This document shows, in pieces, positions 10,165 to 23,800 of a stretch of 64,000 nucleotides of DNA. A model generated the notes under the pieces. It worked only from the letters and a program-made list of their open reading frames with translations. It was not told where the DNA came from and did no database searches. Positions within the stretch are counted from its first letter, which is position 1, and every line of letters begins with the position of its first letter. This DNA comes from Phoronis australis. Taxonomy: Eukaryota > Animalia > Phoronida. The position numbers and the translations under genes were made by a program. The DNA lies in NCBI GenBank assembly GCA_002633005.1, contig NMRA01000377.1:254982-318981 (forward strand), in the 5' to 3' direction.

Positions 10165-10221
10165 GAGCAAGGATGGCTTTGTTGGGCATTATTTGTAATT
10201 TAATCCTGATGGCGATGGACT

Positions 10222-10227
10222 AATAAA
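10222..10227 (+). terminator. RPS21 polyadenylation signal
   Basis: AATAAA ~58 nt after the stop codon, followed by T/GT-rich sequence. Confidence 0.75.
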
Positions 10228-11755
10228 TATTTGACCAAAATGCTGGCGTTTTTTCAATCGCGTTGTGGTGATGGATAGTGTGCTGCTAATTGAACACTTT
10301 AAAGACACCCCTAAGGGCCAATAAACCTACGCTTTTTGTTAAATACAACTTCTAATTTTAGGCGATTGCTGTTAGAAGATTGGTTTCATTTTGTTCGTCA
10401 CTCAGATTAGAACTGATCTCAAGTCTTGAGATTTCAATGTGTCATTCTTGGAGTCCAGGCTCCTGAAGTTTGCTCGTCGTGGCTAATTAGTTTGAACTGC
10501 TGAAGCACAGTGGCTGATGGGAGAATTCCAAGGTTTTACTGGTAGCAATTCCAGCTCAAACAAAGGATAAGGCCATTAGGTTGCTTTGAAAGAGCAAAGA
10601 CCTGTGAAGAAAGTATTTTTAGAGTCCAGCACATACAGGTCTATGTGGTAGTGGCTTTAAAGTAGTTGTTAGGAGTTCTAGTTACAACTTATTGCAAATT
10701 AGCAATGTCATATTGGTATTCTAAAGCAGCACCATCACTCTTGTGCTTTGTTTGAATTGAGATTGGCAATTCATCTGGCTGCCACAATGCTTTGCAGACT
10801 GAAGCCACCCACCGTAATAAGCAACTCTATCGGTCTAATCTGAAACGTCTTGATCTTTAAACTATTTCTATGGAACAAGCCGGAATTAATTATAATGGTT
10901 GTCTAGGCCAAAAGTTGAGTTTTTGACAGAAACTAATTGGCACATTCACTACTTGCACACTTAGTTGGCGCTGCAAAAACTATTGTTTGGGACACAACGC
11001 CTCGTTTTAGCATCAATTTTAACAATGCAAACATAAAAGTATGTGGGTTCCCAAACATGCTGAACCATTGTGGCTGGGACGTAACGCCTCATTTTCAAGT
11101 GTAATGGCGAATTCGTGCAAGTAGTGAATTGCGGACGATTTTCATTTCATGATTTCATACTTCTTGTAAAACTTTAAACTTTTGGAAAATTGTGGGATAA
11201 TATTAACATTGAAACTCTGGGTGGTTTACAAAATTTATTACTCGTTAGTGTTACATGATCAGAATAAAACATTCATTTTATTTACACTGCATTTACAAGA
11301 TATACTTTGAATAATTCACAAAAAACATCTATCCTACTTCAAATGCTAGGTCAATAATTTAGAACTGTTAAACGTGACAATTGCACTAGGAGTAAGCCAG
11401 AGGTCATTGGTAGTTACCTAATCTCAAAAAGTATTTTTACACGGCCTTTGTGTTTGTCAATGAACTCTGAACAAGACCAGAAATAAAAGCATGCAAATTT
11501 GATGGATGATACTAAACACCTCAATTTTGCACATAACTGCTTATGACTTTACAAGACACTTATGCACAAGCAATTTGTTGATCTATTATTATACAGTACA
11601 ATGTGCACAAGTCGGATCAAACCCAAATACGACTCCTGTAATCAGATGAAAATGAACTCTGAAGGGCAAACTGAACTAGAACAACCCTACCACACAACTT
11701 AGTTGGAATTCAATGAAAATCTTGAATTATATACATGCCTGACTTATGCCAGATA

Positions 11756-11884
11756 TACAGGTTGTCCCAAAAATATACTTGCACTAAAAACGTTAAGTGC
11801 AAAGACAAATCTTCCCCGTAATCTTGTTCCAAGTCAACATACTATTGTCATTTGAAGTGCGAGAGCATTTTTGGGGCACCCTGT
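11756..11884. mobile_element. Tc1/mariner-type MITE remnant
   Basis: TA-CAGGTTGTCCCAAAAA...TTGCACT at the left end and AGTGCGA...TTTTTGGGGCACCCTG at the right end form imperfect TIRs. Confidence 0.55.
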
Positions 11885-14844
11885 TTTTATAATGTGAAAG
11901 GTATAAATGAGGAAGTTACCAACAATTCGAAGAATACCAATATGATTGATCATCTTGGGCAACTTGCAATCCAAAAACCAAAATATAACGAATGGCCTGA
12001 TTAGAATGAACAAGAGCATGAAGGACAGCCATGAAAATGACCGAACTAAAAATTTATTGCTTTCAGCAAGCAGCTACCAGACCTTCAGGCATAACTGCTA
12101 AGCAAAGATCTATGCATTCTAAAATAGCACCAATGACGATGGTGTAACAACAAAAACTGGGAAGCTGTCACGATGGTACAGTGTCTACTGATCACAGGAC
12201 AGACTTGTACTGCCACCTCGTGGCTTTGGACCTACTTCGCAGAGTAGAACAGGCAGATATTACATTTTACTGCTTCACTTGCTATAAACATCACAACATG
12301 ATTGTAGTGAAAATCACTCAAACATTATTCCTAAATGAAGCTGTATCAACTTGACATTCGATTTTTCTGTTTAACAGAAAGTTCAGAACTAATTTTCTAA
12401 TTTCTGATGTTGAACAAAACAAAATGGCTGCCACAGTTCACTGACAATGAAGGACACATTTATCAAGGTAGCAAACACAAATGCATGCAAGGCTATGATG
12501 TACAAAATAATACCTGTTTACAGACAGATTTCCATAAGTCGCATCCTAACTTCTAAATTTGGGAAAGAATTTATCTAAAGAAAAGAACCCTTCATAATCT
12601 TGTATGCAATAGGGCTACAATGTCGACATCTTACACAAGAGTGAAACTTGCTCCGTCTGTGTCAAGCAGTAAGTCATTTGTCCTTCATCATCAGTATCCA
12701 GTGCAACGTGACAGACTGCAGTCACCCCAAACAACATGACAACAATGAGAATATTTCATAAGTCAACATTATTTGCTGTGGTTCAGATACTCACACACAC
12801 AGTATTCACGTAGTCGCCATTTTAAAAATAAGCCTCCTTTTAGATTTTAATAACAATGCATTTTACGTTTAAATACAGCACAAAGCGTGATTTTTTTCTC
12901 ATGCCACGTTATATTCATGTCTCATATGTATTATTGTTTTTTAAACCTAAAAAGAGGCTGACTACTAAATTGGTGACTGCATCAATAAGGCCTATATTAC
13001 TTCAAATAGGTCGCTTGAGAACAGACTGAACAGTACATAAAAAGTGTGCAATTTACATTAAAGCAGAGAAAAAGTTATACGTTAAAAGCAGAATGCCAGG
13101 ATGTAGACAGGACGAGATTGTAGGCCCGAGTTTGACACACACATTGTGTACTAAAAATTTGACAGACACAAATTTGACTGACTCCATATTCACACTACAT
13201 GGATTCGTGACATAAACGTCCGACACCAAATATTTAAATTAAAACCATGGTAACACTTGGCCCTATATTTTTTAACAGAAACAACGAAGATCACCACTTA
13301 ATCATAACAAATGTAGCCCTTCTTCAGTTCACAAAAAAGTGCAGAACTACGCACATGAACATCACTCTTGTCAAAGAACTGGCTCTACAAAACATTAACA
13401 ATCAAAGCAAGTACACCAGTAAAAGTGAAGAGATTGCATCACTCAAGGATTCGTGTCCGTAAAATATCCCTGGTGGGTTCTCACATGGTATGCTTTTTGC
13501 TGAGTTTGGTATAAAAATGGATAAATTTTCAATGATTTTGGTATCGACATAGGTGTCTGTTCTTCATTGCGTTTTGGTAACTTTTTTGTTAAGACTGGCA
13601 ATGTTATACATTTTGTCTGGTTTTCTTCAATAAAATAGTTAACTGTTGTTTCTCAATAACCGTTCTTCACAGGCCATTTTTTCTGTTTGAAGCAGTTGTT
13701 GAAAAGGTGTATGTTAGAACAGTTCCGTTATTGATATGGGTGACGTTTTCCACAATTTGTACACACTAAAACAGGTACACTTTTTGACCTCAAGGAGGCA
13801 CGCCTGAACTCAAACACCAGGAGGTCGTGATCACTATGAATGGCATAGTTTGCCTCATTAATAAAAAATGTAACTCGTTTGTTACATCAACTAACATTCA
13901 TAGAAATTGATCTACTTTGAATTATTAACTGACCATTTTTTACCCCAGCAAAATTAACTCTGGTTAAAAGTATAATAATATCAACACAATAAATGCTCAC
14001 AGATCATTTTTGGCACAGTAGTGGAGTACTTGACTGAGCACATGAACAATAAGTTTTTTAACAGCATAATAAATGTGTGCTCAAAATAAGGACTAGTCTC
14101 CTGATTGAATAGCATACACAGACTATAGCTCAAAAGATGCTCAGCTTCACAATGCCTTGAGTACGCACACATAATGGTATTTCCATTCTCTACCTTTGCG
14201 TGAGCACAGTAAAATACCCTGCAAGTTACCTGGTGTTAAACATGTGACCGGCAATTTACTATGTTGTAACTTAATATGTCAAACATGTGAAAGTATTTAA
14301 TTTATTTTCTGGTATTAGACAAAGTTTTAACTTTTATGGTAATTCCTCACTTCTTTAGCACATGATATGGCAGACCGCTGAAATTTCATTGTCAACAAGA
14401 ATAAAGAGCAAGACAGTCTTAGAACACTATCAATCTGATTTGCATTACGTAGATGTTTCTTAAAACAAGATTTGATAAAGTAAGCATTATTTGTAGCAAA
14501 GTAGTCTTTGAAAATAGAATAAACGTTTTGCAATCATTTTTGTTTGAATTAGTGAAGAATTATAGTACTGTGTCGTTTACACATGATGAGATGTGTTAAG
14601 TCAACCAGACAATCTGGTTTGTCACAGCTTTCTAATAGAATAAGTCAAGAACATTGCATCAAATCTGCCAAGAGCGTGGAGCCACGAATGACATCAATGG
14701 TACACAGCAATAAGGCGGGGCCCAACCACAAGGAGGATGACGAGGCGGAATGAAAAATACAGCAGACATGGTGACCTTCCTCTAGATGTCTGGGCTATGC
14801 TCGTTTAACAAAGTATTCACGTCTTGTAGACGTACATTAAATAG

Positions 14845-17800
14845 TTACGACACGACGCATGAACCCTGGTCCTCCTCAGTCACTCTCTCCGGACTCTCCC
14901 TCTTCTCTTCAACTGTGTGTGTGCTTACCGTGTCACTCTCCAAGTTCTGCTCAACACTCTCCGTTGATGAGATGCTGAGCCTCGAGTTGAGTGGATTGTT
15001 CTCAGCGATCTGGCAGAGTGTCTGAGTCTGTGACCGGATGGCAAGCAAAAATGGTCTGTAGCCCAGACTGAAATAGAGGAACAGTAAGCTTATTAATGAC
15101 AAAATTATTAAATCGATCACTCAAATAATGTCCAGATAGGAAGACTGTAGCTTAAAGCTTCAAATGACAGCAACTCAAATGGATCAACTTTCCCAGAAAA
15201 CTATTTTTCAAATAGCACACAACCACAGTCATTTGTGTTCCATTAATAACTGTATCCTATTTAGAAGATTGAATTAGAGATCGTATAATACAAGGAGGTT
15301 AAAAACTAGGTCAGAGATACCACTATCCGTGATAGTATGGATTTGTGAAACTAAGCACTTTAGTGCAAACATGAAATTGTGCTCTTACCATGACCTTGAC
15401 CTTCAGACAAGCAAATAATTGTAAAGATATGATAAAAAATGACTGCAAATCAACGGGAGGCTAAAATTTATTTCCTATTCATGTTGGTAGAAATACGCTA
15501 TCACCATGGTAAACACCATTTGATTGGCTGACTCACCACTCTGTCTCCGCCCATCTCTCCAGAAAGGACACTCCCTCTCTCATGCGCCCTACAATCTCAA
15601 TCATAGTGTCTGTCAGGCTTGCAGTGTTGACTACGCGGGCCACAGCCTCGCTGTCACGGAGGATAACGGCAATGATTAAGGCCCACTCCAGACACCCGGC
15701 CTCCAACACAATGTGCAGAAGATATCTGAAAATCAATAACCAACTGAATGAAAGATGAGACTACTTAGGTCATAGCTCTGGTATTTTTTTTTTTGAAAAT
15801 CTAGTCGGTAAGGCAGACTTTTTAGTTGCTTGCTTTTTGAAAAAAAAAGGAAAATACAGCAAAAATTTAAGGCACTTTATGTTCATTGCTTGGCAAATCA
15901 CTCTTTCAAAACTTGCTTACAATTGCCAGTGATTGCAGGTCTCAAAAAGTCGCTGTAAAGACCTTAACCAACTTCGCCTTTTTGACCTTACCAAGCAAAA
16001 TACTGTGGTGCTACTGTACAGCTGAAAGAAATTTAATAATTATGTTTTATGTCTATGCAATGGTCAAATAGGAGTTTATAATAAACCTAGTGCAGATCAT
16101 ATCTGTACCTGATCCACACATAAACTTGGGATTTTCTGATTGAAGTGGACACCGTTGTCAAAAACAAAAGGAAGATGAAGACGATGAAGAAAAAGAATAT
16201 TAAGTAGAAGTAGAGTTAGTAGAGTTTGTGACAGGAGCCCTCGTTGACTTGGCCTGAAGAGCTAGAAAGAGAGTAGGTGGCAGACCAGAGAAAGTTGAAC
16301 TTGGCTTATAATTTACTGATAGCTAAATGGAACTTTAAACATCTCAACAGTATAACTTTAAGTACACCAGTCTGACAGGTAATACTCCACCGCTTCTTTG
16401 CCAAATTGAAAACATTCCAGCTTATCCATTGTCTTAATTATCAGAAATACACAGTGCTTTGTTGGTAGTTGGATTTGAACAATTTAAAATTAGTGATGGT
16501 CTTCAAAGAATCATATCTATTCATGAAAAAAATAAAGCTACACTGATACTCTAGAGGGTCAAAATGGCCAACTTCAAGCAAGATGAAACAAGAATAGAGC
16601 TGTTTATTAAGTCAAAAAACATACAATCATGAGCTTCAGTTCAGAACAGTTCAACCACAGAAAACTTGCCTTCTTTCATCATTCCATTTTTGTGATGTGC
16701 TACAAAGTCAATTCAAACTCGACCTTGACATTTTATGAAACAAGGTGTCCCAATGTAGTAGTCACATAAACGAAGCAGCGCTCGACATAACTTAAAGACA
16801 TTTAGCCAGCACTGAAGTGATATAAGCAGTCTATGGCTAGCCTACCCACCCACAAGCCATTCTAACTGAGTCGGGCAGAAAACCAACCAACCTGAGTTCC
16901 ACTTCGGAGTGTGATGGTCCCTTATTGGCTAGCTCATTTGAGATCAATTCTAATTCGGAAGTATCCAGTGATTCGTCCCAGCCTCCTTGACTGGCGTTTT
17001 CAGCATCATCGACACAAGAGCCACTCTCCAGGGACAGGTCAGTAGTGGTAGCCAAACTGCTAGCATCATCTACATGACAATGTCATGTGATCAGTCAGAG
17101 TAACTTTGTAAGCAGGGCACGACGTAAGCAAGTAACTACTCAAAATGATTAAGAGTGGAACAAGTAAAATAGAGGTGGAAATTTAAAAATTGACCTCACA
17201 CAGGCGCCGAGCAGATGTTCGGCGTATTTTTAAGGTCACCACTTTTAATTAGCCCAAATATGTGAATATGAAAGACAAATATGCTGTCATTCGTGTTAAA
17301 AAAAATGCCTACTTAAAAGTGGGCATTTTTGCCTGGGTCGATTGCTGGCATAATGGTATCACTATAAAAACTGAAAATATCTAGTGACTGACTGATGCAT
17401 AGTATTTTTTCATCAGTAGGAAAGCTAAAATTTAAAAAAATAAATGAATGCAGTTAATTATGATTAATTTACAAAATATACAATATTCAATTGAAAGCTT
17501 CCTCACATCAAACCACATGAAGCATGAAGAAATACTGGATATCTATTTCATACTATTCGATGAGATAGTAAAAGAAAACATGTAAATATTTTTAAAATGT
17601 TTATAAAGTCGTTTTTGAATATACTGTTGGGTCACAAATCAATTAGCGACAACAAAAAAAATCATCTGCCCCGTAGATACCTCTCAGGCTCAACTGTGGC
17701 TGCAACTCAATATCATCTGAATTCCCAGACAACAGATCTGATGAGCTGTAGTTCTTCTGGCCCAGGAAGCCATCTCCCAGATCCAAATCCACGGTAGTGG

Positions 17801-20800
17801 CCTTCTTTGACTTAGTGGGCGACGTAGGCTCCTTGTTAGCTTCAACAAAACACAACTCGGTTACAAATTGAAAAGAGTTACCAACAGAACACGATAATGC
17901 AGAGGAACTGCTTTCTATCTCACCTTTGGGATTATTACAAATTTTCGACACGTGTCTCTTGAAGGCAAGAACAGTTTTGTGCAAACTTTCCCACTGACTG
18001 TTGAGATGTGCTGAGGGATGTGATGTGACTAAAATGGATCATCTGTCAACTCGACATTGCAACAGAAAATGGCAAAACACAAACAAATGAACACGTTCAC
18101 GAAATCGAGCTATTTCTCCCATACTGCCAATAGGTGGCGATGCCAGCTTAAGGACTACAGGGACCACAGCTTACACATCCCTGCTATAACCAATTTGAAT
18201 AAATCTGACTAATTAACATAATAATTAAGTCTCAGGTGCTAGTAAAACTACTTTTAGTAATTTACTGAGATGCGATGATAGAAATTTTGTAACTTTGACG
18301 CGCTTAGAAATGTTGACAATAGCAAGTTAGCTACCCAGGACGGTCTTATCAATATGGAATTACATTAATGTTGATCACATCAAGCAGACGAGTAACAAAA
18401 TACAGATCAGACTTGTAAATTAAACCACCTCAGCCATTTTTATAAACAAATCACAATAATTTAACAGTTACTGAACTTACCACCGAAGGACTTCTGCAGG
18501 TGGTGAAATGAGCTGTGGGTCAAGATGGGGAATGGCCACTGGAAGTCTATGTGTAGCTGCTTGAGGGCAGAGACGAAGTCCTCGACCTTAGCTGACCTCA
18601 CTCTAGCAACAAAACAGCTTAGAATATTTATTGTAATTAATTCTAACTAGCAGTAGCTGATAAACAGCTTACAATGACAAGGATTCATTTTGTATTACAA
18701 CAGCCAGAAACAAATTGGTTGCTAAGGCAACTGCAATGCTCTGGCAATTCACTCTCCCCTTTCTGTAAGTCAGGAGCCCCTGAAGACTGAAAAATTTCTA
18801 ACTAAAGCTTTTTTGAATTTACTTTTATCAGAAATCGTTGACCTGCAAGATCTTCTTTCCTGAAACTATTACCACCATTGCATTCTTGTCAAAGTTTGCA
18901 TTATGCTACCACAGCTGCTCCTAGGCGCCCTGACAAAAAGCTTTGGGTTGGAAAAACAACCTTATTCAGTAGTCAATCTGCACCAGCTACTCAGTGACAA
19001 GATGTGACCCAATGTAGCCCCTGTTGCTTACCTTTCTTTCCTGAGCCAGGCGACCAGTTGGTAGTCCTCTAGGTTGGCAGCCAGGCAGGCCAAATGGCGC
19101 AGAGAGAAAGATGACAGTAATTTCCTGGCATGACGATTGAGGATGACATCAATGAAGAACTGGTCCGGGCTTGACTCATCTCTGGCTGGCGATTGGCTAC
19201 GAGGAGGAATAGCAGATTAAAGAGTGAGACATTTTTTTGTAAAATTTCAAATTTAGGAAGTGATAAAGTCGCCCTAAATTTATGTCTTTATCTTAATTTG
19301 TATTTTACTTTCTACAAAATTTATAATACATGATCAACCACAATAATTATTGATTAAAACATTAAGCAAAATTATTCTTAAGTACAGAAAGATGCACCTA
19401 AATATGTAAAATTTAAATTTCAATTAAAATCATAAAAATGTTCATTGGTTCAGGGAGGTACCAAAATTCACATACTCTCCAGTTTGCCAAGTGCTGAAAG
19501 GGTAAACACAAGTCTTAAACATGTCGACCAGAATGTTCACAAAGTGGTAGAAAACTATCACCAATTAGAGAGCAGACGTCAAACCTTTTATTGAACGCTT
19601 GAGAGGCTCGTCTGTCAGTCCTCTTCTCCGCCCTCTTCTCTTCGTCTGCTTTTGTTGTGTGTGATGGTATGGTCCTTGTGATTGTTGGTGCACCAAACGG
19701 GAACGCCCCCGGCGTGTCGTCGGGGGAAATGGGTGGGGAGGGGAGGAGTGTGGCATGAAACTGGCTGCTGCTTCGACTACCTGCTCTAGTGAGGGGAGTG
19801 TGGTGGGGAGTGGGAGGGGTGTCGGCCTCCGAGGGATCTAAAAGCATAGTACGGACAATGTTAATGTTTTTGCCACTAGAAGCGCTGGTGTCTATGTTGT
19901 CGGCAGACTTGTTGAGTTTTGGAAGCTTAGCATTGTTGTGCTTGGTAGCTGAGGCATCGTTGATATGTGTGTTACATGTCATGCATTGATTGGGAGACAT
20001 CATGGCAGGGGTAAGATCGGTCTCTAAAAAAGTTTAGGAAACAATGAGACAAATCAGATAACAAAAACAGAACAGAGGCCATTGAGCTGTTAAAACTGAT
20101 TTTTGAGCACTTTTCAAATGAGAGGGAAAATCAAGGGACATAACATATAAAGCAACTGAAAAATTTTCTGTGTGAGCTGATAAATAAGAATGATCACAAG
20201 TTTTGTATTTACATGCAGCATGCTAAAAAAAGAACAAATTCTAGAAGACAACTTAATAAATTAAGTTAGCCATGCAGTCAACATGATGAGCTGTCAATCA
20301 ATTTAAAAATTCCTTTCAGAGGTTTTATTGAATTTTTGAGACGTTTAAAAAAATAACTGCGGGCTTTCTGGTACATGTTGTACCGGACGTGCGCAGGCCG
20401 CGCATGTGGGCCCATTGCCTGCATTGATTACCTGGAACTATTTTGTGCTTTATTAATATATAATAGTTAAAACCGAGCTGAGGAGCTGGAATTCTGACTC
20501 AAAGGTCTAGCAGTGTGGCCCAGTGGGACTCGAACCCACGACCTCGAGTAAAGAAGGTGGGCACCTATCACACTAGGCCACACTGCCTCCTCAAACACAG
20601 ACATTTCCATGCTATTAGTCAAACAAAATAAAATAGCTTGCATGCAGTTTTCAAAAACAACACCAAAAGGTTGGTGTGCTGAAGACCTTGTGAAAACACC
20701 AACCCTATTATTGATTTAAACAACGTTTGAAAACATCAACCCTATTATTGATTTAAACAATGTTTATTCTCTAGCTCAACACTATTGTCACACCAACATT

Positions 20801-23800
20801 TCGTTGAGAAAAATTAAAAGAAACCACTAAACTAAGTGTTTATTAGCCATCAAACTAAGACAAAAGTGTAGGGCCCCCATTTTATTGTGGCACATTTTTT
20901 CCTCAAACAATTTCTTAAGGAGTACACCCTCCCGCTTTTCGAAGCATTGGATGTACCCCTGCCCCGTGGATTATCCTCTTTTCCCACCAGGTGGAGTAAT
21001 GCTGTTTTGTAATTTACTCATTACAAACGCAAAATAACATGAACATTTACTATTTCGACATTGGAAATCGTTTGTTGTGATTTTCAGACCTGTATACAAC
21101 AAACACAGGCCAGAAATAAACCAGCCTGTTTAGCGGGGACATGACAACATGACATGACAACGTGACAAGACAAGACAATCTATAATGTTCAGCATGCCAT
21201 CCACGCGGCTGAATACTTGCAAAAGCCATGCGTTGGAAACTTAAAACAAGTTATAGCGAGATTTACCATATATGGCTTTGCTCATTGTTGTGTTTACATT
21301 TCAATGTGAAGAATATCGTCTAATTTTGAAATACGCTGCAAAATACATCGAAGGAACTGGCCAAGAAGGAAATAAACGACAAAGCAACAGTTACTGAGGC
21401 TAGAATACTAATCTGAGTCCGTGTTGCCGAAATAGGCAATGTAAGTGTTGACTTGTCAATGATTAAGAAACAAGAGTAAAAGCTGATAAACACGGGGAAG
21501 AAATCGCCTACAACTCACACTTTCCATATTTTATTGAAGCTGTAAAACCGATGTAGAGGATGACTTAAAAACAGAAAATGAAAGATATCATTGTAACTAT
21601 TCGGTGCTATTTAGGCTAGTGGTGCGAATGACAAAATTTTTCAGAATCGATTAATCGGGAAACATTTTAGAGACTCACTTTTGAATCAGTTGCAAGTGAC
21701 ACTGAGTAATGACAACACTACTGTTAAAAGGCAATGAGACCTAAATCAAAATGCAGAGGTTACGTTTCTCCGGCAAAAAATGATGCTGCCATTCGCTACA
21801 AGGCGAAGACTTGGGTATGGCTGAGGTAACTTTGCCCTGCTTATGTGACTTTTATCAATTTTTAGCAACATTCGATTTACATGCGGTTAAGGAGACATCG
21901 CCTCATTTACACGAATTTTAAATTCTTTTAGCAAGATCACTGAATCTATTTATTCACTTTTAATTGATTTTCTTTAGCAATAATGTCGGCGACAAGTCGT
22001 CAAGTTGTAGCAATACGGATTTTGACTTATTAATAGCATGCTCCCAAAAACAATTATTCTGTATTAACATGTTACCACTAATCTACAAGGGTCTCCTACT
22101 TGTAATTGCCCTCATCACTATAACTGGCCTGGTAACATTTAGACAGGTTTACAGTAGCTAACCTGATGAAGTCAGTAATCTGACCTCTTGACTGCTGCTA
22201 TGGCAATGAAGGAAATTTTGATGCGACGGGCTACCACGTGTGTTACCATAGTTTACATACATTACTGAGAGAACACAGGCGTTAAGAACTGCGTTTAAAT
22301 TGTGAGATCGAAGATGAGTATCATTTTTTCTGTCATTGTTCAGTGCTGGAAAACCTTTGAACCTTTAAAGGAAGATTGTAGTCCTGAACAGAAGCACACT
22401 GTACCGAGATCCAATGAAAACCCTTTGGTAATGAAATTATTTGAAAATGTTTGTTGCAAGAGGATTAGCTGCATAATTGTGTTGTTATCTCTGTAGCATA
22501 TGTGTTTGTATTGACCGTGAGTCTCACCATAAAACTATGAGCTTATATTTTCAAAAGGCAGGTGGCCTATGAATACTCAGATTCATTAACAATCTGGTGT
22601 TTTTTCACAGCTGTGCAATAATGAATTTAAATGACAGTTCTTGCCAAGGGCTTTTTTCGTCAACCTACCAATAGCCTTGAGGAATCTGAGCAGGTCCCTA
22701 GCCAGCTCCCACTTGTTGTGTTCAAGGGCAGAGTCCAACAGAAGTGTAGCATGCTGGAACAGGCAACACACACAACTCAGTTCCCAAGAAAGAGGAACAA
22801 GACCAATGGTCCGATTCATGAAAAGTGGCTTTAGACCTAAGTTAGACAGTAACATTTTAATCTGAATAATCATTAAATCTTACTTGAGCAAATATACAAA
22901 GTCTGTGTGAGAATGCATTACTTCAATGACTGAGATAATTTCTAGAATTTATTTCTCGATTGTGATGACCTAATAACTTGGCTAAACATTTATTCAGCAA
23001 TTGTGTAAGTCTTAAGTCATTGAAATGGATCCTACCATCCTTCTACACTGATACACAAACTGCTACAGTACAAGACAAAGTAATCAGACAAAACTGTTCC
23101 GTGGTCACGACGGATAAATTTGTTAAAAGCAGAAGTGACTGGAAATAATCATTTGGGCGACAAAATTCTAATTACAGAATGACTCGGTCACCTGAATGAC
23201 TTTCCTGCTAATTCCCCTTCATTCTAAGTCATCAGGGAAGATTACTCTGACGACGAATTCAGCTTCTAGCCAGATGTCATGATGGGGAATTCTGGGTCAT
23301 TTTGTCTGAATACTTTTGGCTAGTACTGTACCTACCGGGATTTACTAAATCACATTTGCAAACAAACGTTTCATCATAATAACATCGTAAGCACATCGGA
23401 ATTAAATGCCAAGACAGGATTAAAATGAATGCTTTTTAGAGAAAGCCAGAAAATTTTAGATATTATTTTTGCTATAAATATGATACTACCTGGAAGCAAC
23501 CTTGCCAATGTTATATGGTTTGTATAATATTTATGTTTTAATATTTTGGACCACATTCTTCAGTGAGTCAATGCACTTATGTTTACTCATTGAAATGTTA
23601 TTTATAGTCAGGTTGGAGAATGAGATGAACAATTCTATTTACAGACAGTAATGCTACAGTATTTATTGTTTATATTCTTGACGAAATAAATAACATAGGT
23701 TGAATTGCAAATAAACTGGAACCAAGAAATTAACATTGAAATACATCAAAGATAAAGCAAGGCGAAGGTAAATGACAAATTCTCACACTTCTCGCAAATT

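Noticed and set aside
22160-22190. Hammerhead ribozyme core (CTGATGA followed by a GTCAG/CTGAC stem)
   Set aside because: The required GAAA after stem II is missing and no stems I/III were found.
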